From the NCBI GenBank assembly GCA_964016885.1, contig CAXHJY010001547.1, positions 62,001-126,000 on the forward strand: a stretch of DNA of 64,000 bases, in the 5' to 3' direction. Source of the stretch: Eledone cirrhosa (taxonomy: Eukaryota). This document shows, piece after piece, positions 55,640 to 64,000 of this stretch. Numbering within the stretch: the stretch's first letter is position 1; every line of letters starts with the position of its first letter. The notes under the pieces are model-generated. The model saw only the letters and a list, made by a program, of their open reading frames with translations, ran no database searches and was not told the origin of the DNA. The translations under genes were made by a program, and so were the position numbers.

Positions 55640-57372
55640 TCTCTCTCTCTCTCCTCCTCGTCCACAGCTCCTCTACCCCCGGTTCACTTCCCTGCTCCAG
55701 GCCCCGTTGCCACACCTGCCCCCACATCACCAACACCACCACCTTTCATGGTCCCAACGGCCACTCTCTCTCTGTCCGGCACGTCTTCCGCTGCACCTCC
55801 TCCAATCTAGTCTATGGACTTCGCTGCACGGAGTGTAGCGCAACCTACGTCGGACAGACTGGACGTCGCCTGGCGGACCGTCTCACGGAACACCTCCGGG
55901 ATATTCGCCTCGGCGGGAGTTCCCCCATCGCCCGCCACTTTCGCTCCCCTGGACATTCCGCCCTCCACCTCACAGTCTGTGGCCTTCTCCAATTCCATGG
56001 AACACCCGCCACCCACCTCACGGTCGAACAACACACCATCTTCACCCCCCCCCCCCCCCGACCTGAACATTCCCACCCCTATTCCTTTAGCCTTCGACCG
56101 GCCACCCGACCGCCCACCCTTTCCCCACTAACACCTCTAACGCCCCCCCCCCGGCCCATCCCACAACTAACATACTAACACCCCTACCCCACCCCTACCC
56201 CACCCCTCGACCCTCTCCCAACTAACTATACTAACAACCCCACCTCTCCCCCTAACACGCACACACCCACCTGAACATATATACACGCACTCACACATAT
56301 ACACGCACTCACACTATCCACACACCCTACTACCACCACTAACCCTCACCCACACATCCACTCCGACCACCCCACAACTAACATCACTAACCTCCCCCCG
56401 ACCTCACGCACACGAACACAGACCATCACACACACACCCACACCTATGTACACCTCCAACTCCACACACCCAACCACCACTAACCCCCACTTACACACCC
56501 GCTTTCCACCCTTTCCCCATCACATGTAATACTAACACCCCCTTTACCACACACACACTCATCCAAACACGCACGCACACACCAGTACACTACACTCCCT
56601 CCTCCGTCCCAACACCTCTTCTCTCCCTCTCTCTCTCTCTCTCCCCCCTCTCTCTCCCCGCTCCACCCACACCCCTTTACGCACACACATCCCACTAACA
56701 CCTCTACTAATATACACCTCATCGCCCCACTTCACCATCTTCCCGCTCCACCCTTCCCACCTACCCATCCTCTCCCCTGTCCACCACACCTTCGCACACA
56801 CAGTCCTCACCTTACTCCACCTGTCATCCCACTCTACTGCTATCTCTTCACCCCGCTCTACTGCTATCTCTACACCCTGTCTTGACCCTCTGACCACTTC
56901 CTGTTGCGCGCGCACCCCACTTCCCTCCACTTCCTACCACCACCAACATTGGATTCTACACCTTCGGTCATCTCTCCAACCATCCACTCCATACCTTGAA
57001 AAATATCCAGCACCTCTCCACACATCTGACGGAACTACCTCAGGACCTTACCCACGAACATACACTCACACATTATTTTCGCACCACGCCACCCACATCC
57101 ACACCACATATAAACACAAACACACACGTGCGTACCCCCCACATATACACAACCTCCGGAATCCACACGCCACCTTCCCCACCCCTGACCTCTCTCCTTC
57201 CACACGCACGCACACATCGACTCACACCCCACCTCACGCACACACCTTTACCTGAACATAGAACCTCGTTCTTCCTCAAACTCTCACATACACACGCACA
57301 CACACTCACGTACACCTACACACATACACACACACATACACAAACACCACCTTCAGCCTTCCTCGCTGAAGA
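55640..57372 (+). mobile_element. C-rich PLE 3' fragment: GIY-YIG endonuclease plus low-complexity tail
   Basis: ORF 55597-56178: CHTC...CTSSNLVYGLRCTECSATYVGQTGRRLADRLTEH...PIARHF. Confidence 0.85.
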
Positions 57373-57618
57373 ACAAAAACAAGATGGCGTAGGACAGAAC
57401 AAAGGAGAGGCACAAAACCAAAGAAAAGAATCCCCAGTCACTGAAGAGGTCACAGAATGTGTGACGAAAGAACTTTGACAATATATGAACAACCGTCCGG
57501 TTGTGGAACCAACCAACCAACCGGAAATTTATAAATTTAATTTATAATAAATTGGAGTGAAAGCAGCTAGTGCGTGTGTTTCTTATTGGCAACATGACCC
57601 TCCCAAAGCATAACAATA
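57373..57618 (+). mobile_element. Family A pLTR with intact hammerhead (57437-57479)
   Basis: gtca-CTGAAGA-ggtcacagaatgtgtgac-GAAA-gaac-TT-tgac; ends in (TA)n. Confidence 0.82.
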
Positions 57619-57645
57619 TATATATATATATATATATAATATTCA

Positions 57646-57910
57646 GAATATTAATAAATGAAGACATTCACATAATCAAAATATATGTTTTATTATATAT
57701 ATTTCGAAGGTACTGTGCTGTTTTTTCAGCACGTCCTCGTCAGATACAATACATGAATTGATGTATGACATACCTCAACGGTCTTGATAGTTCAATTCCA
57801 GTATTGCCAATACTGGAATTGAAAAACTGAAAAAACAGTACAGTACCTCCGAAATATATATAATAAAACATATATTTTGATTATGTGAATGTCTTCATGT
57901 ATTAATATTC
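57646..57910 (-). mobile_element. PLE pLTR fold-back with candidate hammerhead (57688-57749)
   Basis: ~85-bp inverted arms; ttgtat-CTGACGA...gtgctg/cagcac...GAAA-tatata-TA-ataaaa. Confidence 0.65.
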
Positions 57911-58214
57911 GATTCTCGGACTGGGTGATGCGTTGTGTCCTTGAGCAAGACACTTTATTTTATGTTGCTCCAGTTTACTCAGATGTAGAAATGAGTTGCG
58001 ACATTACTGGTACCAAGCTGTATCAGCCATTGCCTTTCCCTTGAACAACATCAGTGGTGTGAACAACATCATGGTATGCATGGACGATTGTCGGTCTTCC
58101 ACAACACAAACTTTACCCAGGCTTGTGTCTCGGAGGGAAACTTTATTGGTGCAAAACCATGGTCATATATAGCAAAGCTATATATATATATAGAGAGAGA
58201 GAGAGAAAGAGAGT

Positions 58215-58705
58215 CCGTTGTTAGAAGAGAAGTCTAATAAGGCCTCTCCATTCGTATTTAGATTGGGGTCACCATTCCTTCCAATCAATCCTTTCTATGT
58301 CATGTGGTCAGGGATAACATGTGCACTGAAGTCTCCCATCAGGATATATGACTCAGTCTTAACTACATCTAATGCTGTGGTGACTTCATGGAGGAAGGAT
58401 CTGTATTAGGAGTCCTTGTTTGGTGCATAAACTTGCATCCCCATAGAGACCTATCTTTCAGCCTCAGCTTCAAGAGGCCAATCCTCCTTCCTAATGGGAT
58501 CTAGTCCATAACACATTCTGACAGCCAGGAGCTTGTGAGTATCCCCACTCCCTCTCCTGCAGTCTTGTGCCACACCTGAATAGTGGAGTTAACCATCCTC
58601 TATCCAAATCTACAGTACCAGAGGCACATAACTTAGTTGAGGAAATCCCAACTATATCTAGCTGGTAACATCTGGCCTCCTCCACTAGTTCCTGCTCCTT
58701 ACCTT
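58215..58705 (-). pseudogene. RTE-like LINE APE endonuclease fragment
   Basis: GKEQELVEEARCYQLDIVGISSTK...; downstream VYAPN-like and ILMGDFSAHV motifs. Confidence 0.8.
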
Positions 58706-58724
58706 TAAACTAACCTCGGATATG

Positions 58725-59085
58725 TTCTGAGTTCAAATCTCGCCGTGCTTAGCTTTGCCTTTCATACTTACGTAGTTGATAAAATAAAGTACCAGTAACG
58801 CACTGGGTCGACTTAATTGACTTTCTCCTCCCCTAAAATTGCTGGCCTTATGCCTAAATCAGAAACAATTATTATTATAATTATAATGGGGGGTGGATTG
58901 GCAGTATCGGTAGAGGGTCTGATGCCATGCTTTGCAGCATAGAGTTACGGCCCTTGCCATTCTGAGTTCAAATCCCGCCGAGGTTAACTTTGCCTTTCAT
59001 CCCTACGGGGTCGATAAAATAAAGTACCAGTAATACACTGGGGTAATTGCTGGCCTTGTGCCTAACGTAGAAACAATTATTATTA
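58725..59085 (+). mobile_element. Two tandem tRNA-SINEs
   Basis: ggtggattggcagtatcggtag (A box)...gagttcaaatccc (B box); shared 3' body. Confidence 0.8.
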
Positions 59086-59181
59086 TAAAGAAAGAGATCA
59101 CTATTATTATTATTATTAAAGTATTGAGCTAACTGCTTATAGCCTCAGATCTTTTTAACACTATATACATATGTATATATG

Positions 59182-59253
<72 letters not shown>

Positions 59254-59258
<5 letters not shown>

Positions 59259-60698
59259 ATATTTTGGGAGGGTCATGTTGCCAATAAGAAACACACGCAC
59301 CAGTTGCTTTCACTTCAATTTATTATAATAAATTTATAAATTTAGGAATTTATAAATTTCCGGTTGGTTTGTTGGTTCCATAACCAGATGATTGTTTATA
59401 TATTGTCAAAGTTCTTTCGTCACACATTCTGTGACCTCTTCAGTGACTGGGGATTATTTTCTTTGTTTTTGTGCCTCTCCTTTGTTCTGTCCTACGCCAT
59501 CTTGTTTTTGTGTGTGTTGTGTGCTTAGTTTGCTCATGTGTTACATCCGGGAGTCTGTGTGTGTTTCATTCGTTTATTTATCTGTTTATTTACATGTTAC
59601 TGGTTGGTTGTTTGTTATATGTGCGTGTGTGTTTTCATTTTGTCCTTAATTGTAAGTTGTGATGTTGCTGTTCCACTCATGTTTTCTATTTCATTTTGGT
59701 TGGAGTTCATTTATGTTTATTGCCTCTGTGATTTGTCTAAACATTGCGTCTTTTCTGTGTGTAGATTCTATTTTTATTTCTATGTTCTCTAATTTACCCT
59801 TATGTTCTATTTTAGCATGTTGGTAGAGTACAGATGATTCTTTACTATCTTGAAGGTCTCGCCAGTGTTCATTTATCCGTTCCCCTATACTACGAGCTGT
59901 CTCACCTATGTACACTATATTTTTATCTCTACATTGTCCTTCAGTACATCTTATGCTATATACTACATTTCTAGTTTTACAGTTAATATGGGGGCTTAAT
60001 TTACAGATTATACATTTTTTATCTATACAGGGAGGTCTTTGAAAAGGGTATGTATTGCTAATAAGTGTTTTTATGGAGGTACCTGGTCTTTCTACTATCT
60101 TAATATTGAGTTTATGTTTATCTAGGGCCCTTCTAAATTTGTAAGCTAATTCACCTCTAGGGGTTGTATCGATGAACATTACACTCTGGTATTTATTGCT
60201 ATCATACCATGAGTTTATTCTATTAGCCTTATTCCTAGTTCTTTCTATTCTATTCCAAAATTTGCTCCTATACAAGGGGTAGGTCTCATTTGTGTCATTA
60301 TTTACCATTTTTTCCCATTTGGTTCTGGCTCCTCTATATACTCTGATTTTATCTCTCTGATTGTAACCAGAGAACTGCATACGGTGGATGAAGTGTTGTA
60401 TGTGTCTCTCTAGTTCTTCGGGGTTGCACATGCGGGACACATTTCTCATCACCCGTACCAAATCCGCAATCAGTATGTTGATTTTGGTATGGTCCGAAAC
60501 AGCTGAGTTTCGGTGGATCAGATATTTGGAAGTCATGGGTTTGGCATAATGGGAATGGAGGATTTGTTTTTTGTTATTAATGGTATCTAACCAGAGCTCT
60601 GTGTCTAGTACAGGTAATCGATGGTTGGAGTGTTTGCTTGGGTAGTCTATAGTAACTCTAATACTCTGGTGGATGGAGTTAGCTATTTGCTGGATGCT

Positions 60699-60700
<2 letters not shown>
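59254..60700 (-). mobile_element. 5'-truncated Penelope-like element in (TA)n; parent family of the family A pLTRs
   Basis: C-terminal GIY-YIG ORF followed by a pLTR with hammerhead at 59405-59447; both ends in TA tracts. Confidence 0.92.
59691..60698 (-). pseudogene. PLE ORF remnant: end of RT, thumb, linker and GIY-YIG endonuclease (possibly Nematis-like)
   Basis: Frame stays open upstream of the listed ATG (IANSIHQSIRVTIDYP...LPVLDTELW...HYAKPMTSK); CIICK, NVVYSIRC, YIGETARSIGERINEH. Clade assignment is from memory only. Confidence 0.85.
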
Positions 60701-60752
<52 letters not shown>

Positions 60753-60984
60753 CTTGAATAATAGCCGATCTCATATAAAAGTTGACCTTGTATATTTGGC
60801 CAGAAAGTCTGGAATTTTCCATAGACAGTCTATAAAAGTCCACCCTAATATTTCACAGTCAACATTTGTGGGTCGAGATATCATCCTGTATGTAGAAATA
60901 ACAGTTTACAAAATTATCATAAATTTAAGGCAGCAAATACATGTCTAAAACTAATCATTTATTTATATATACACACCATTGAAA

Positions 60985-61860
60985 TACAGTTGGCTCAGCC
61001 TCCGAGCTAGTTCTGACCCAGCATTGACAGCCTACCTATCCTCAATTACCTCCAGCCACACTCTCATCAGTGAGGTCATCTGTAAGACAGCAGAACCAGA
61101 TATGAACAGGGAACTAGGATCAGCCTTGATTGGATCGATAAAGGCCTCGTCATCCCCCAGTATGTAACAGGGATGACATCAAGTGCAGGTCAAATCAGGA
61201 AAACTGAGTCTTCCTTTGACCAACACTATCTTACCTGCCTCCATTCTACCTCACAGTCAAACAGTGGTGCATGGCTCCCTTCAGTGCCCTCCTTATCACG
61301 GTGCATGGCTCAATACAGTGCCCTCCTTATCAAGGTGCATGGCTCAATTCAGTACCCTCCTTATCAAGGTGCATGGCTCAATTCAGTACCCTCCTTATCG
61401 ACCTATACTTTTCTTGATGATGCGTGTCCCAGCACTACAATCTGTGTGTGAACTTCACAAATGCCATTGTGGAGCCCTTGTTGATGAGTTCAGTTGGCAC
61501 CCACTATCCTGCTGCCACAGCACACAATAGTTCCCTCAACATGCCACTCTCAATGACAATCAAAAGGAGCTGCTATGTGGCCAGCTCCTCATTACAATTG
61601 GAGTCAGCTGGCCTTAGCCGTGGTGAGGCTACACACCTGAGTGAGATAACCCATTTGAAGGAGGTAAATCCCTAATGTGGGACATCATGTACTGCAACTC
61701 GCTCTCCACCTCCAACCTTGTTGCCTCGGCTGTAAACCCCAGCACCACCAGCCATAATACAGAGAAGAGGAAGATAACTAAATATTGGGACTTTACCAAC
61801 CACTTCCTGCTCATGCTATTCACTATCAAGACCTCAGGTCCCCTTCGTCACTGCACTGCT
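60985..61860 (+). pseudogene. Degenerate CRE-like LINE C-terminus (zinc knuckle plus restriction-like endonuclease)
   Basis: SGAWL..VPS, CELHKCHCGALVDEFSWHPLSC...HATLND, WDIMYCNS...EKRKITKY...IKTSG; internal 34-bp tandem repeat ~61265-61400. Confidence 0.72.
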
Positions 61861-61974
61861 GTTTTCTTGCCTAACAAAACTATGTAACCTGTTCATACCT
61901 AACCCCCTCCTCTAACAATCTTTAGTATTATTCTCATCACCACTTTTCCCCTCCACTCTCTCTCTTATATTATG

Positions 61975-62205
61975 TTTAAGATTAAGCTTAGGCTTCAGGT
62001 AAGGTTACAGTTAGGGATATGTTTAGGATTAGTTTTACAGTTAGGGTTAGGCTTATAATTTTGGTTAGGGATATAGCTATTGTTAGGATAAGGATTAGAG
62101 TTATGGTTAGGGATAAGGTTAAGGATATGGTTATGGTTAGGGTTAAGGTTATTGTTAGGGTTAAGGTTCGGGTTATTGTTATGGTTTGTTTTTCGGTTAA
62201 GGTTA
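61975..62205 (+). repeat. Degenerate (TTAGGG)-like hexamer tract
   Basis: ttagggttagg, ggttagggttaaggtt etc. with 6-nt periodicity. Confidence 0.7.
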
Positions 62206-62312
62206 TGGTGGCATATGCAGAAATTAGACAGGAGTAAATGTTTAACAGTTAAACTATTTGTTATAGTGAAGTATCATGTTATAAGTTTATGTTATGTAGA
62301 AAACAGAAGTTT

Positions 62313-64000
62313 GTGTTTAGCTGTTGTATTAGTGTAGCTGCAAGGCTGGCCATCATGACGACATTCCTGACTCTGTTTAGCTGTTGTATTAGTGTAGCTG
62401 CAAGGCTGGCAATCATGAAGACATTCCTGACTCTGTTTAGCTGTTGTATTAGTGTAGCTGCAAGGCTGGCCATCATGAAGACATTCCTGACTCTCTTTAG
62501 CTGTTGTATTAGTGTAGCTGCAAGGTTGGCCATCATGAAGACATTCCTGACTCTGTTTAGCTGTTGTATTAGTGTAGCTGCAAGGCTTGCCATCATGAAG
62601 ACATTCCTGACTCTGTTTAGCTGTTGTATTAGTGTAGCTGCAAGGCTGGCCATCATGAAAACATTCCTGACTCTGTTTAGCTGTTGTATTAGTGTAGCTT
62701 CAAGGCTGGCAATCATCAAGACATTCCTGACTCTGTTTAGCTGTTGTATTAGTGTAGCTGCAAGGTTGGCCATCATGAAGACATTCCTGACTCTGTTTAG
62801 CTGTTGTATTAGTGTAGCTGCAAGGCTGGCCATCATGAAGACATTCCTGACTCTGTTTAGCTGTTGTATTAGTGTAGCTGCAAGGCTGGCCATCATGAAG
62901 ACATTCCTGACTCTGTTTAGCTGTTGTATTAGTGTAGCTGCAAGGCTGGCAATCATGAAGACATTCCTGACTCTGTTTAGCTGTTGTATTAGTGTAGCTG
63001 CAAGGCTGGCAATCATCAAGACATTCCTGACTCTGTTTAGCTGTTGTATTAGTGTAGCTGCAAGGTTGGCCATCATGAAGACATTCCTGACTCTGTTTAG
63101 CTGTTGTATTAGTGTAGCTGCAAGGCTTGCTATCATGAAGACATTCCTGACTCTGTTTAGCTGTTGTATTAGTGTAGCTGCAAGGCTGGCCATCATGAAG
63201 ACATTCCTGACTCTGTTTAGCTGTTGTATTAGTGTAGCTGCAAGGCTGGCAATCATGAAGACATTCCTGACTCAGTTTAGCTGTTGTATTAGTGTAGCTG
63301 CAAGGCTGGCCATCATGAAGACATTCCTGACTCTGTTTAGCTGTTGTATTAGTGTAGCTGCAATGCTGGCCATCATGAAGACATTCCTGACTCTGTTTAG
63401 CTGTTGTATTAGTGTAGCTGCAAGGTTGGCCATCGTGAAGACATTCCTGACTCTGTTTAGCTGTTGTATTAGTGTAGCTGCAAGGCTGGCCATCATGAAG
63501 ACATTCCTGACTCTGTTTAGCTGTTGCATTAGTGTAGCTGCAAGGCTGGCCATCATGAAGACATTCTTGACTCTGTTTAGCTGTTGTATTAGTGTAGCTG
63601 CAAGGCTGGCCATCATGAAGACATTCCTGACTCAGTTTAGCTGTTGTATTAGTGTAGCTGCAAGGCTGGCCATCATGAAGACATTTCTGACGCTGTTTAG
63701 CTGTTGTATTAGTGTAGCTGCAAGGTTGGCCATCATGAAGACATTCCTGACTCTGTTTAGCTGTTGTATTAGTGTAGCTGCAAGGCTGGCCATCATGAAG
63801 ACATTCCTGACTCTGTTTAGCTGTTGTATTAGTGTAGCTGCAAGGCTGGCCATCATGAAGACATTCATGACTCTGTTTAGCTGTTGTATTAGTGTAGCTG
63901 CAAGGCTGGCCATCATGAAGATATTCCTGACTCTGTTTAGCTTTTGTATTAGTGTAGCTGCAAGGCTGGCCATCATGAAGACATTCCTGACTCTGTTTAG
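62313..64000. repeat. 60-bp minisatellite, at least 28 copies, runs off the window
   Basis: Unit gtttagctgttgtattagtgtagctgcaaggctggccatcatgaagacattcctgactct. Confidence 0.97.

Noticed and set aside
59655-59693. In-frame TGA in the PLE ORF as possible selenocysteine (known in Naiad PLEs)
   Set aside because: The paralog near 34410 has Leu here (PKLNRKNEW versus PK*NRKHEW), so it is a nonsense mutation; the element also has a C-terminal endonuclease, unlike Naiads
61975-62205. True telomere or chromosome-fusion scar
   Set aside because: Short, highly degenerate and in one orientation; such tracts are common in repeats
62279-63976. Repetitive 20-aa-unit ORFs; CRISPR-like regularity
   Set aside because: Pure 60-bp tandem repeat without unique spacers; no cas genes; eukaryotic context

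Overview
Repeat-dominated animal genomic DNA; the SINE families and microsatellite load suggest an octopus-like cephalopod (inference). I found no convincing host protein-coding gene. The long ORFs come from minisatellites (42/45- and 60-bp units) and simple repeats. The window is a graveyard of Penelope-like elements (PLEs) inserted into (TA)n. These include RT and GIY-YIG fragments and many fold-back pseudo-LTR pieces carrying type I hammerhead ribozymes (HHRs) of at least eight distinct sequence families. Also present are RTE, CR1, R4/Dong-like and CRE-like LINE fragments, tRNA-SINEs, non-autonomous Helitrons and piggyBac/hAT MITEs. Main hunt result: a 5.3-kb non-coding array (45146-50428) of near-identical ~466-bp units, each with an intact minimal hammerhead. 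It has about 9 tandem units plus a 5' inverted block of about 2.4 units and sits between (TA)n tracts, so it is a candidate retrozyme (circular-RNA-derived retroelement). Other notable items: a fold-back pLTR with dense same-strand T>C changes (possible fossil of ADAR hyper-editing), a U6 snRNA-SINE chimera within one target-site duplication, and a minisatellite made from a SINE's Pol III A-box. All structures were read by eye and coordinates may be off by a few bases.
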